From a virus: a stretch of 64,000 nucleotides of DNA. The DNA lies in IMG/VR virus record IMGVR_UViG_3300026484_000157, positions 32,001 to 96,000 of that record. One strand, 5' to 3'. Position 1 is the stretch's first letter. Every line of letters starts with the position of its first letter. A program made the position numbers and the translations under genes. Shown in pieces: positions 1-10,397 of the stretch. Under the pieces are notes generated by a model, which did no database searches, was not told the origin of the DNA, and was given only the letters and a program-made list of their open reading frames with translations.

Positions 1-424
1 GTCATCATTAGTGTCTGAAAAAACAGATGAAGTTTCAACAACATCAGTATCAGATACTGAAAATAAATCAACATGGATGGATACAATCAAAAATGTTGCA
101 ATGATGACTCCAGTTGGAATAGTCGGAAAAATGGCATATGATGCTATATCAACTCCATCAAATAATGAAGTAACTACTTCGATTGGTAATGGAGAATTAG
201 GGTCAGTTCCAAATACTTCAAAGATAAACAATAAAAGTGAGTCATTGTCAGAATCACTATCAACAACAATAAATAACATGGGTAATGTAATATCTAATAC
301 AGTTTCTCATATGATTGGTAGCAGTAGCCCAATGCCAGTGTCACAACCAACACCACCAATGAAGAAGCCATCAATAGATGACAATGGCATGGTATTAATA
401 ACAAGTAACTTTTTTGAAGGATAA
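1..424 (+). CDS. C-terminal part of a structural protein (possibly tape measure), truncated by window start
   Basis: Frame is open back to position 2; Ser/Thr-rich low-complexity tail; directly precedes baseplate genes. Confidence 0.4.
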   Translation, partial: SSLVSEKTDEVSTTSVSDTENKSTWMDTIKNVAMMTPVGIVGKMAYDAISTPSNNEVTTSIGNGELGSVPNTSKINNKSESLSESLSTTINNMGNVISNTVSHMIGSSSPMPVSQPTPPMKKPSIDDNGMVLITSNFFEG

Positions 425-427
425 TTA

Positions 428-1042
428 GTGTTTGCAAATAACTATATAGAAAAATTAACAAGTAACCCAAAATATAAACTAATGATAGCACTACCAACTG
501 GTGGGATTGTAACTGGATACATGAAAGATGATCTAGCACTATCAATAAATTCCGAGTATAATTCACCTTTTGAATTGTCACAAACAGGTGGGGTATCTGA
601 TATGTTAGAAAAAGCATCAGGTATGTTCGGTGCTTCAATGTCACTAAAAACAGTGGCAGAATCAAAATTATTATGGAAATCATCTTCGATGTCACCAATC
701 CAAGTAACTTTTTCAATAGTTGCTCTGAATCCAGGAGATGATGTAAGAGAAAAGGTCAGAACATTATCAAAAGCAGTATTTCCGACTTCAGATGGTGTGG
801 GTGGAACACTTAAAGCTCCAATGGGATATGCACCAGGTATGCCGACTTCAAAACCAGTTAATACTGTGTCAATGAAAATAGGATCTTGGTTTAATGCATC
901 TTATTTAGTAATTCGTGGGCTAAACCCAACTTTTAGTAAAGATGTGATAAAATCTGGATTGCCTTTATATGTCGATATATCACTAACTTTAGAACCATCA
1001 TTACAACTGACACAAGACGATTTTATCGCTTGGATTTCATAA
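428..1042 (+). CDS. Putative baseplate/tail tube initiator-type protein
   Basis: 204 aa, SD AAGGA; position before gp53-like gene; beta-rich C-terminus (GLPLYVDISLTL). Confidence 0.5.
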   Translation: MFANNYIEKLTSNPKYKLMIALPTGGIVTGYMKDDLALSINSEYNSPFELSQTGGVSDMLEKASGMFGASMSLKTVAESKLLWKSSSMSPIQVTFSIVALNPGDDVREKVRTLSKAVFPTSDGVGGTLKAPMGYAPGMPTSKPVNTVSMKIGSWFNASYLVIRGLNPTFSKDVIKSGLPLYVDISLTLEPSLQLTQDDFIAWIS

Positions 1043-1051
1043 GGATAATTC

Positions 1052-1414
1052 ATGTACTTTTTTAACAATAAATCAGATTCTTCTACAAAGTTCGCAATTG
1101 AAAATTTTGTAGAATTTAAAGAGGGCACTTTTGATCCTATTAACTCCGAGATAATGGATCAGATCAAAACCTTGAAAGAGGTTGGAGTAACTATTGTAAC
1201 AACAGAAGAAATGAGACCAGATCTAATATCATTTAAGATATACGGATCCACACAATATTGGTTTCTTTTATTACTATATAATGATATAATAGACTTCACC
1301 GATCTAAAGTTAGGGGACACAATAAGATATTTTAATATTGTGGATTTAGAAGGATTATTCTTTGATCTAAAAAGGAGATCCAAGAATAATCTAAGTGAAA
1401 GGGAAGAATTTTGA
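1052..1414 (+). CDS. Baseplate wedge protein, T4 gp53/LysM-like
   Basis: Motif RPDLISFKIYGSTQYWFLLLLYNDI typical of gp53-like proteins. Confidence 0.8.
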   Translation: MYFFNNKSDSSTKFAIENFVEFKEGTFDPINSEIMDQIKTLKEVGVTIVTTEEMRPDLISFKIYGSTQYWFLLLLYNDIIDFTDLKLGDTIRYFNIVDLEGLFFDLKRRSKNNLSEREEF

Positions 1415-2559
1415 TTGGAATTAAAGGACAATATACCGTATCGATATCAATCGGACCATTCGATAATTTCCTGAATGAGAAAGATTTAAAGCATTTAGCA
1501 ATCTATGAATATAGTGGGAACATTGCACCACAATTCGAAATCATATTTCAAACTGCACAAGATACAATTATGGAATATATAAATGAGGGGAACTTCTTCA
1601 ACATAGGACTAGGTAAGGATTCAACTGATGAAAAGATAATATATGGAGTTCCACAATCTGTTAAATCACAAAGACAAGGTAAGGATAATTATATAATCAA
1701 CTGTAAGGGAACTATACAAGAGTCAATTGAATATAACAATGTCCAAAAAATTAGATCATTTAGGTCAATGAATGTACCTGATCTAGTTTTTGACATTGTA
1801 GATGCTCATTCAATCGACACAATTGTCGATATCAAGCCAGATTCATCGACACAAGACTTATGGGTACAACACAATATTACTGATAAGATGTTTGTCGATG
1901 AGGTAATAAAAAGATACTATAGAAAAGGATCATTCCTTGCTCTTGCTATTGACAGTGAAGGAAATTTCATAATTAAAGATTTAGATTCCATAACTGATAA
2001 AGAGCCTGACTGGATAATAGTATATCCAGATAGTGGAATATCAGGAGAAAATATCATAATTTATGATTTGGACTCGGAATTCGTATCACAATCAGGAGTT
2101 ACAAATAAATGGGCAGGTATAACAAGAGAGCAATATCAATATGACTTACATAAAGATGAATTCATTAATATAACCGATCATGGAGTTGAGCCTTTATTCA
2201 CAGGTAATGACTTCAATAGAAATCAGAACTACGGAAAAAGAACATCAAATTTTGCTTTTATTGATGAATGTCAGCACAAAGATTTTGTAAAAGCTATTGG
2301 AACCTCATTTCAATCAATGGCATTATTTTCATCTCATCCCTTGAAGTTATCTTATACAAATCAATTCAAAAATGTTAGACCCTTAGATTTAGCTACTTTT
2401 CTAGATAATCCAATAGAATCACCTAACAACATCCCTGATTATTTCAGTGGAAATTATATAGTAGAGAGTGTAACAACTTTATATGCAGACTCTGCTTTCA
2501 GAATGTATGTAACATTAACTAGAGAATCATTGAATAAAATAACTGGGAGTTTCATGTGA
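1411..2559 (+). CDS. Baseplate hub protein (gp27/gpD-like)
   Basis: 382 aa between gp53-like and gp5-like genes; C-terminal SGNYIVESV typical of hub proteins. Confidence 0.6.
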   Translation: MIGIKGQYTVSISIGPFDNFLNEKDLKHLAIYEYSGNIAPQFEIIFQTAQDTIMEYINEGNFFNIGLGKDSTDEKIIYGVPQSVKSQRQGKDNYIINCKGTIQESIEYNNVQKIRSFRSMNVPDLVFDIVDAHSIDTIVDIKPDSSTQDLWVQHNITDKMFVDEVIKRYYRKGSFLALAIDSEGNFIIKDLDSITDKEPDWIIVYPDSGISGENIIIYDLDSEFVSQSGVTNKWAGITREQYQYDLHKDEFINITDHGVEPLFTGNDFNRNQNYGKRTSNFAFIDECQHKDFVKAIGTSFQSMALFSSHPLKLSYTNQFKNVRPLDLATFLDNPIESPNNIPDYFSGNYIVESVTTLYADSAFRMYVTLTRESLNKITGSFM

Positions 2560-3476
2560 TAGCAAATCCAATAGATAACATAAGTAAAATAAAACATCTA
2601 CAAGGAGTCCATATTGGTGAGGTTGTAGACAACGAGGATCCAGAACAGCTTGGAAGAATAAGAGTCATGATCTTGGATTTATTTGAGGGATTAGCACCTG
2701 ATGAACTGCCATGGATGTATGTAATGCATCCAGTTGGTATAGGTGGCTCTCCTTACTCATCATTTTCAGGAATTCCAGAAAATAAAACCCAAGTTGTTTG
2801 TTCATTTCCACAAAATGATATATATCATGGCACTGTAATTGGGATATTAGTGTCACAAAGAACAAGACATGACGATAGGCACTCAAAATCAGGTGGTAAA
2901 TGCCAAACTGGTAAAAGCCCAAATCCTGCTAATGAAAATGACTCAAATGAAGCAGGATTACTTCCTAACAAATGTGGATGTGATACTGAGATAAATGATA
3001 CCAAATATACATCTCCACTAGATGTATGTAATAATGTGGATTTTAATGAAGATTATCCAGAGTCTTATGGTTGGGTAGATCGACTAATGAACTTTCTAAA
3101 GATAAATAAAAAGAAGAAAGAAGTAACAATGCACCATTCATCTGGATCATTTCTCAAAATCGATGAAAAGGGTAATGTTAACATTAAAATAACTGGCAAT
3201 TTAAAGGTCGTAATTGAAAAAGACTCAACCACTCAAATTGAGGGGAACAAAGACGAAGTAGTATTTAAAGACTGGTATAGACATCTTAAAGGTAAAAAAG
3301 ATGAAATTGTGGATAAAAGAATTAAAATCCTTAATAAGGACACGATAGATACACTGACTCAAAAATGGGGAAAATATCACTATAATGGTAATATTGATAT
3401 AACTTCATCTAAACAAGGACTAATTTCAATGACGAGTACTCTCACATTGAAAGGGTCTACAATATTAGAAAATTAA
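2556..3476 (+). CDS. Baseplate central spike, gp5/GpV OB-fold plus beta-helix
   Basis: GEVVDNEDPEQLGRIRV...LPW OB-fold motif; HHSSGSFLKIDEKG and beta-helix-like repeats. Confidence 0.85.
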   Translation: MIANPIDNISKIKHLQGVHIGEVVDNEDPEQLGRIRVMILDLFEGLAPDELPWMYVMHPVGIGGSPYSSFSGIPENKTQVVCSFPQNDIYHGTVIGILVSQRTRHDDRHSKSGGKCQTGKSPNPANENDSNEAGLLPNKCGCDTEINDTKYTSPLDVCNNVDFNEDYPESYGWVDRLMNFLKINKKKKEVTMHHSSGSFLKIDEKGNVNIKITGNLKVVIEKDSTTQIEGNKDEVVFKDWYRHLKGKKDEIVDKRIKILNKDTIDTLTQKWGKYHYNGNIDITSSKQGLISMTSTLTLKGSTILEN

Positions 3477-3485
3477 GGATACAAC

Positions 3486-4436
3486 ATGTTTGAATCAGAA
3501 TATCACTCGTTGATTTCAACACTAAATCGATCTAAAGATTGTACATTTGCTTGTGAAGATTCTCCCACAATGTGGAGTCCTCTTACAAATTACGACATTA
3601 ATACTATTGTTATTCCACCTGATCCACTATACAATGGATATCAATACAAACTGATGGAATCAAACTCATCGTTATATAATATACAAAGAAAACCACTATC
3701 AGGTGTAAATTCTCCAAATTGGAATTCTGATATAATAAATGATGGGGAATTGGTATGGAAAAAAGATGGACTAACTCCAATGTGTAAACAACTATTTTCA
3801 ATACTAGGTGTTAATACTATTGAGGCAGTTCCAAATGCAGTCCAAGCATTAATTGATACACAAGAGTCAATTGAAGGATATTTATCTCAATCAATAGCAC
3901 ATTTAATTGAAAAGAGACAAAATTTATTAGGATCTCTTAATCAAATACAATTACCAAAAATGCAAATACCTGATTTCACTGATTGTGGTGTTGAGATAGA
4001 ATTACCAGATTTAGACTTTCTAAGTAATTTATCTCTTCCAGATTTTGGTGGAGATACTCCAATTGACCCCAATGAATTGACTTCAATGCTAGAATGTATG
4101 GCTGATGAAGATTCTGCAGGAATCTTAGAAGAATTAGTATCCGATGCAACCTCAAAATTAGATGTGATAAATGCATTATCACCTTCAAATGTTGTTAAAG
4201 GCATTTATAGTGTGTTAGATGATTCAATAGTAAATATGGATAACAATTTCCAAGTATCTAGTTCAGGCTCGGATTTAAATTGTAATCAAGAAGATTCTAA
4301 TGGCAATAAAGATTATTGTAAAACAGAATATGGAAGAAAATGTATATGTATGAAACTGTCATCGATAATGTCATACAATTCAAAATCAGCACTTAAATCT
4401 ATGAAAAAAGATTATGATATGTTCAAGGCAGTATAA
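3486..4436 (+). CDS. Hypothetical Cys-rich virion-module protein
   Basis: 316 aa ORF with SD AAGGA, between spike and PAAR genes. Confidence 0.5.
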   Translation: MFESEYHSLISTLNRSKDCTFACEDSPTMWSPLTNYDINTIVIPPDPLYNGYQYKLMESNSSLYNIQRKPLSGVNSPNWNSDIINDGELVWKKDGLTPMCKQLFSILGVNTIEAVPNAVQALIDTQESIEGYLSQSIAHLIEKRQNLLGSLNQIQLPKMQIPDFTDCGVEIELPDLDFLSNLSLPDFGGDTPIDPNELTSMLECMADEDSAGILEELVSDATSKLDVINALSPSNVVKGIYSVLDDSIVNMDNNFQVSSSGSDLNCNQEDSNGNKDYCKTEYGRKCICMKLSSIMSYNSKSALKSMKKDYDMFKAV

Positions 4437-5683
4437 TGGCAACAATTAAAGACCTAAAGTATATAGATGAAAACGGTGATTTAGTAGAATATGATTCCAA
4501 CATCATTATCACTTACGATGATGATACGACTGAAGACCTCCAAGATTTATTAATTCGAATAGACTCAAACACTGAATCGATAAAAAGTGATGTAACAACG
4601 ATAAAAGATGATGTCTCAACCTTAAAAAGCGATGCAACAGCTTTAAAAAGCGATGTATCAACGATAAAGGATGATGTTTCAACAACAAAAGATAATATAT
4701 TAACGATAAAAGATGGAACAAATGAAATCACTTTAACAGATTCTGATGGCAATGAAACGGCTATAAAAATTGCTGATGCCTTATCTAATATAACAAATAC
4801 AATTAATGAAATATCTAGTAATACGAATGGTACTGAAATAGAAAATATCTGGTCGGAGGTAGAAGGAATGACAAAAGCAATACAACAATTAGTTAATACA
4901 GTATCGGCAGTATTTGGTGGTGGGAAGCTTCATGGTACTGGTGCAATATATGAGACTTTAGGCACTGATGTAGACCCTAACACTAATACAGTATTCGAAT
5001 CTAATATAACAGAGGTGCTATCAATGTTATCTGATTCTTTTACATCAACAAATAAATATTATTACACAATTGAGGTAAAGACATTAGATAACAATGTAAC
5101 TTATTCTATTACCATCAACGGTGCAATTTATTCTATTAATTCTGATGATAATGCTACAAAACAAGAAATATACACTGCACTAGCAACATCAATAAATAAT
5201 GATGATGAGTCAATCGTAACTGCCACTAACAATGCAGTGTTATCATTATCAACTAAAAATCCATTACACAATATATCTGTGACAGTTTCTGAAAACCTAT
5301 CAATGTCGACACAATCAACAATCGATTTTGGGGATGCTATTAATTCTTTAAGAGACACACTTAAGGATCAAATGGAAGGATCAAGAGATTTAATTGCTAG
5401 AATTATGGTTGGACAAGATGAATCAAATATAATGATGGACAACGGTAAATATAGAAACATCTTGGATTCATTAACATCTTCAACTACAACTGGTATAAGT
5501 GATGCAATTAGGGAACTATCACTGAATCAAGAATATCAACAAGCTCTAATGCAAATTACACAAGGTAAAACTAGTCCAGAGATACTAGAACAAATGAATA
5601 TAATGTATCCAAACCTCAGCAAAGCTAAAAAGGTAATATTATCTGATTTCTTAGCCAAGCTTAAAAACAATGGGAGAATATAA
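4436..5683 (+). CDS. Hypothetical coiled-coil structural protein
   Basis: 415 aa, TAATG-coupled on both sides; heptad repeats (IKSDVTT/LKSDVST). Confidence 0.5.
   Translation: MATIKDLKYIDENGDLVEYDSNIIITYDDDTTEDLQDLLIRIDSNTESIKSDVTTIKDDVSTLKSDATALKSDVSTIKDDVSTTKDNILTIKDGTNEITLTDSDGNETAIKIADALSNITNTINEISSNTNGTEIENIWSEVEGMTKAIQQLVNTVSAVFGGGKLHGTGAIYETLGTDVDPNTNTVFESNITEVLSMLSDSFTSTNKYYYTIEVKTLDNNVTYSITINGAIYSINSDDNATKQEIYTALATSINNDDESIVTATNNAVLSLSTKNPLHNISVTVSENLSMSTQSTIDFGDAINSLRDTLKDQMEGSRDLIARIMVGQDESNIMMDNGKYRNILDSLTSSTTTGISDAIRELSLNQEYQQALMQITQGKTSPEILEQMNIMYPNLSKAKKVILSDFLAKLKNNGRI
4580..4705 (+). repeat. Six imperfect 21-nt tandem repeats encoding heptads
   Basis: ataaaaagtgatgtaacaacg / ataaaagatgatgtctcaacc / ttaaaaagcgatgcaacagct / ttaaaaagcgatgtatcaacg etc. 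Confidence 0.75.
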
Positions 5684-5967
5684 TGCCACCATCAGTAAGA
5701 TTAGGTGATGTTTGTACAGGTCATGGTTGTTACGGAAGCAGATCCAATGATCAAGGCTCTCCTGATGTAATAGTAAATGGTCTACCTAAACATAGAGTAG
5801 GAGACCACTGGGTTACCCACTGTTGTGGACCAGCATGTCATGATTCTACTCAAGCCAGTGGATCACCAGATGTAATAACAAATGGATCAGCAGCAGCACG
5901 AGTAGGTGACGATATAGCTTGTGGCTCAAGTAATCAACAAGGCTCTCCTGATGTTATAATAAATTAG
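5683..5967 (+). CDS. PAAR spike tip protein (gp5.4-like)
   Basis: VRLGDVCTGH, HRVGDHW, ARVGDDIAC repeats with GSPDV motifs. Confidence 0.92.
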   Translation: MPPSVRLGDVCTGHGCYGSRSNDQGSPDVIVNGLPKHRVGDHWVTHCCGPACHDSTQASGSPDVITNGSAAARVGDDIACGSSNQQGSPDVIIN

Positions 5968-5975
5968 GGGACTAG

Positions 5976-6359
5976 ATGAACAACATAAAACTTTATTCTG
6001 ATTTAGATCAAGACCTAAATGAAAGCATCATATCAGGTGTTGAACCAATTTTTCAATCAATATCAAATATCATAATGACAAGAATTGGAGAAAGACTATT
6101 TAATCCAGAATTCGGTTCAAGAGTTCCTGATTTATTATTCGAATTATTTTCTGAAGAACTTGCATTTGAGATATTTAATGAAGTAATAAATGCAATAGCA
6201 AGATGGGAACCGAGAGCAACTCTTATTTTAAATCAATCATATGTTACATTAGATCAGGACTATCATGTGTTTAGAATGAAATTAGTATTTCAGGTAAAAG
6301 GTTTGTCAGAAGATCAATTTGAGATATCTGGCGACTTAGAAAACCAAAAGTTAGGATAA
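5976..6359 (+). CDS. Baseplate wedge gp25/GpW-like protein
   Basis: TRIGERLFNPEFGS...LLFE...AIARWEPR. Confidence 0.92.
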   Translation: MNNIKLYSDLDQDLNESIISGVEPIFQSISNIIMTRIGERLFNPEFGSRVPDLLFELFSEELAFEIFNEVINAIARWEPRATLILNQSYVTLDQDYHVFRMKLVFQVKGLSEDQFEISGDLENQKLG

Positions 6360-6362
6360 ATA

Positions 6363-7721
6363 ATGACAAACAAAATTACGAATACTGATATAATTAAAGA
6401 TCTACAAGAGTTTATATCAACATTACCAGAAAGTCAAAAATTTGAAGATTTTTATAGTGGTGGTGCAGGTCAGACAATCTTAGAATTACTATCAGGTGTG
6501 GCTTCAATGACATCACATCAGAAGATGATGTTACAAAGAGAAGCATCAATCCAAAATGCACAGTTATTATCTTCTGTTGTTGAACACAGCATAAACAAAG
6601 GATTTTTTATTCCAACTGCTAAGTCAAGAATAGTTAGATATACAATTAAATTTTTTCAAAATGATACATTATCAGCAGGTGATATTATTGGTAAGTTTGC
6701 TGATGCAGATTATGATGCAATTTTCTTACAAGGGAAAGAATCATCAGCATCTGATTATGAAAAATCAATACACATCGATGCAGAAAAAACTTACATCATA
6801 GATGTGATTATTGGATATATGGAAACAACTCAGATCAAATTAACAAATTCTATTGATTTTGTGACTCATTTGATTAAAACTAAGAATAGATATTTAGATA
6901 ATCAATTTGAAAATCTCCAAATAAATAAAGTTAAAGCTAGAATTGTCGATTCAAATATGTCAGTACTAGATAAGGATTTGCCAAAATCAGTATTAAGACT
7001 TCCTTATGAAAACAATATAAAGTTAATATTTGGTAATGACATAACTGGAATAAAAGTAACTCACAAAGATGATATCCAATATACGACTCTGATGTTTAAT
7101 AATAATATTAATAATATTAATACAGAAACTTTTGAATCGACATTAAAATTACAGATAGAATCTTCAAAGACAATTAGAGTCGGTGTGCCTTATTTAGATA
7201 AAGAACAAATAAGATTTTCTGCTATAAGAAATTCAGTCGATGGTAGAATTATTGATACTAAAGATTATGAGAGATTCATAATGAAAGAGCTATATGGATA
7301 CATCAATGATGTATTCATTGATGAAACATTTCCATATAAATATATCTATATTTTGCCAAAAGAGACACTAACTCCAGAATATTTTGAGCAATTCAAATCA
7401 ACCTTAAAACTGAGAAGATTAATAGAAGATCGAGTATTTTGGAGAATGATTGAACCTGTCAGTATTAAAATATTATTCAATATCAATTATTCAGGGGATG
7501 CTTCAAAATTAACTATAGATAGTACAATAAAAGATTATAAGGATTCACTAACTTATAAAATATTTAAGGAAGACTCAGTAATCACCTCAACTGATGTATG
7601 CATAAATCTTACTGAGATGATTGGTAATGGTAAGTTCACACCAAACGAAGAAGCTTCATTTTCATTTAAGAAGCTAGAATATATAGATAGATTGTCTATC
7701 AGATATACAATGGGAGAATAA
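6363..7721 (+). CDS. Baseplate wedge gp6/baseplate J-like protein
   Basis: EASIQNAQLLSSV, LIFGNDITG, RIIDTKDYE motifs; follows gp25-like gene. Confidence 0.75.
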   Translation: MTNKITNTDIIKDLQEFISTLPESQKFEDFYSGGAGQTILELLSGVASMTSHQKMMLQREASIQNAQLLSSVVEHSINKGFFIPTAKSRIVRYTIKFFQNDTLSAGDIIGKFADADYDAIFLQGKESSASDYEKSIHIDAEKTYIIDVIIGYMETTQIKLTNSIDFVTHLIKTKNRYLDNQFENLQINKVKARIVDSNMSVLDKDLPKSVLRLPYENNIKLIFGNDITGIKVTHKDDIQYTTLMFNNNINNINTETFESTLKLQIESSKTIRVGVPYLDKEQIRFSAIRNSVDGRIIDTKDYERFIMKELYGYINDVFIDETFPYKYIYILPKETLTPEYFEQFKSTLKLRRLIEDRVFWRMIEPVSIKILFNINYSGDASKLTIDSTIKDYKDSLTYKIFKEDSVITSTDVCINLTEMIGNGKFTPNEEASFSFKKLEYIDRLSIRYTMGE

Positions 7722-7722
7722 A

Positions 7723-9780
7723 ATGGCACTTCCATCAGATTTCAACTATTTATTTACTGAGCCTAATCTGGTTAATTCATCTTCTACAATATCTGTTTTT
7801 TATAGGAAAATGTACGGGATTGCATCTGTCCAATCACTAGTGGAATTATACGATTTTGATTGGGGAGATGACTCGGATCCAGAAAGTACCAAGCTAACAA
7901 TATTAGTAGATAATTTAAATTTAATTGTTGAAATTCAGGAATATAGATCAATATTTTTGGACAAGCTTATACCAATATTTCAATCATCAAATATCGAATC
8001 TGATAACAAAAATGAATATATAAAAAATCTGCTTAAAATTGAAAACAGAACTGAACAACAAGATAAAAGACTTACAAGATATTTATTATCAATTTATTAT
8101 GATGCACTCGATCTTAAGCTTATTGATTCATCATTTATAAAAGGATTTATACCATCTAATATAAGAAATGATGAACTGTTTAAACAGGTATCAATATTAT
8201 ACGATTATATAATTCACAAATATGACTTAATTGATTATGATGCCCTTAAAACAGTAACACCTCAACTACTATTAGATATACATAAGTTTAAAGATAACAT
8301 AAATGAGGCAGGGTTATGGCACTGGCAGAATTTTCTAATGAGTCATTCTGCTACGACTAATTTATCTAATATACTTCTCAATACATTGGGGGGAGAAAGT
8401 TACATTTATGAGTCTGTAGATGGATACAATTTGAATGACTCATATATGACGGACTCAAATGGTCGATTCATACTAGATAGACAAAATAATAAGATTAATT
8501 ATCCAAATAGATTATCTGCAGATGGTACTGATGTCAAAATAGCAAGATATGACTTGAAAACTGGTGCTAAATTAGAAATAAACTATCATCAAGAGGTTAG
8601 GGGTGGAAGATCTTCTGCCTTTGATATTGAAACTCCTTTAGCAATAACGGATAAAGAAGAATTAAAATTAACTATTGATATAATGAAGACTTTTAAACCA
8701 TTTGAAGTATTAGGAACTTCAATTAGAAATCCAGAGTCTGCAAGACAAATGATATTATCAGGTGGTAAACAATATCGTACTTCAAAATCAATATTATCTG
8801 GTATACCAGGAGCCAAAGTTAACGGAGTATATGTTGATTTTCGAAGAGTATATTCTGATGTTACTGAACACCCACAACACAAAAGGGTCGAACACGATCA
8901 AAGAACAAGATTCAAATCGACAACAGGCTTAGCAGATAGAAAAGATAAAAACCTCGTTTCCAGAGAATTTATTTACGGCTTCAAATACACTGATGTGACT
9001 CCATCAAAATTTGGAAAACATAGGAATACTCAACACCAAAAATATTTAGAATTGTTCAGACAATTTTCCACTTTGATGTCGGAAAAACAGACAACAATTA
9101 ATGATATTGAAGATGAATCATTTGAGTCATTATCTCAATTAGATGAAATTAACAATTTTTGGTATGAGAAAATTGACAAATCTTTAATAAAATCAGGTTG
9201 GTTTGAAACTAAATTTGTAGATGTACTTAAGGTCAAACCCCACGAGAGAAATTTATATTCTTGGAAGGAATATCATGCATTTATGATGTCATCATATAAA
9301 AATGTGAATGGTGATATGACTCATTGGATTAAGGAGCATAAATGGACTTCTGAGATAATTCTGCCAGATATATTAAAATATCCAGAGTTAATGCCTTTTG
9401 CAGAACCTAAAAAATCAATCGGATCTTTATGGGATCAAAAAGCAGATGATGTGGAACTCGATTCTGATATATATTGGTCGGATTTAATTGATGATCCTAA
9501 GGTCTTAAGAGACAATACGATTCAAGGAGCATATTTTAATCGTATTGGAATGTTCATCCCAACATGGAAAGATTTAGCCGATGGGACATGGGTTGAGGAA
9601 ATTGTTTCATCAAAGATAGATAGTGTTTTCGATATCCCAGTAGTATCAATATCTAAAAAAGCTGATGATATATGGAATAAATCATTCGATGATTTTGCCG
9701 ATGAATTATTAGGTACAAAACTTTATTGGTCTAACCATAAAAGATATATAGATATAATTTACCCTATAAAGGAAAACTAA
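7723..9780 (+). CDS. Putative baseplate wedge protein (gp7-like position)
   Basis: 685 aa ORF between gp6-like and gp8-like genes; synteny only. Confidence 0.45.
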   Translation: MALPSDFNYLFTEPNLVNSSSTISVFYRKMYGIASVQSLVELYDFDWGDDSDPESTKLTILVDNLNLIVEIQEYRSIFLDKLIPIFQSSNIESDNKNEYIKNLLKIENRTEQQDKRLTRYLLSIYYDALDLKLIDSSFIKGFIPSNIRNDELFKQVSILYDYIIHKYDLIDYDALKTVTPQLLLDIHKFKDNINEAGLWHWQNFLMSHSATTNLSNILLNTLGGESYIYESVDGYNLNDSYMTDSNGRFILDRQNNKINYPNRLSADGTDVKIARYDLKTGAKLEINYHQEVRGGRSSAFDIETPLAITDKEELKLTIDIMKTFKPFEVLGTSIRNPESARQMILSGGKQYRTSKSILSGIPGAKVNGVYVDFRRVYSDVTEHPQHKRVEHDQRTRFKSTTGLADRKDKNLVSREFIYGFKYTDVTPSKFGKHRNTQHQKYLELFRQFSTLMSEKQTTINDIEDESFESLSQLDEINNFWYEKIDKSLIKSGWFETKFVDVLKVKPHERNLYSWKEYHAFMMSSYKNVNGDMTHWIKEHKWTSEIILPDILKYPELMPFAEPKKSIGSLWDQKADDVELDSDIYWSDLIDDPKVLRDNTIQGAYFNRIGMFIPTWKDLADGTWVEEIVSSKIDSVFDIPVVSISKKADDIWNKSFDDFADELLGTKLYWSNHKRYIDIIYPIKEN

Positions 9781-10388
9781 TGGTTTTTACAACAGACTAT
9801 GATAATATAATGAGAAAAGAGCTTTCGAAATCTTTTGTAGGTTGGTATAAAATACAATCTGGGGTACAAAGACGATTTTATCTTGGGATTGGTGGTAAGC
9901 CAACTGGTTCAAAATATAATTCAAATACAGTGACTCAATGGAAACTAGGAACAGTACCAACTGAACATTCTACTGATAAAATAGAAAATCTTATTGCAAT
10001 GAAATTAATAGACTCAAGAGGATTTGTAAATGCAATATCAGAAATGCAATATCAGCCAGAAAATCCTAGACATATTATAACAAATGATGGTAGATATTGG
10101 GAAATGACAGGATCATCAGATATAAACACTTTTAATGTTTCAGATGATGCAATTACAACAAATATTTATATGAGCTTTAGATTGCATTTGAAAGATCTAC
10201 CAACAAGTGATATTTACCAACTCGGATTATTCATAGACACTGTTCCAAAACCGTCACATCTAAATCAATCATTACTTCTTCCAAATGAAGTACAATCTTT
10301 AGGTAATATGATGACATTTGAAAATTTAAAAGTTATTCAAAGAGACTCATTAGTTAGAGAAGTTTTTGACTTCGTAATAGAATTTTAA
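9780..10388 (+). CDS. Putative baseplate protein (gp8-like)
   Basis: FYLGIG...W, LIAMK, YQLGLF, C-terminal REVFDFVIEF. Confidence 0.55.
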   Translation: MVFTTDYDNIMRKELSKSFVGWYKIQSGVQRRFYLGIGGKPTGSKYNSNTVTQWKLGTVPTEHSTDKIENLIAMKLIDSRGFVNAISEMQYQPENPRHIITNDGRYWEMTGSSDINTFNVSDDAITTNIYMSFRLHLKDLPTSDIYQLGLFIDTVPKPSHLNQSLLLPNEVQSLGNMMTFENLKVIQRDSLVREVFDFVIEF

Positions 10389-10397
10389 GGATAATTA

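Noticed and set aside
4580-4705. 21-nt repeats as a CRISPR-like or regulatory array
   Set aside because: In frame, degenerate at codon level, fully explained by a heptad coiled coil
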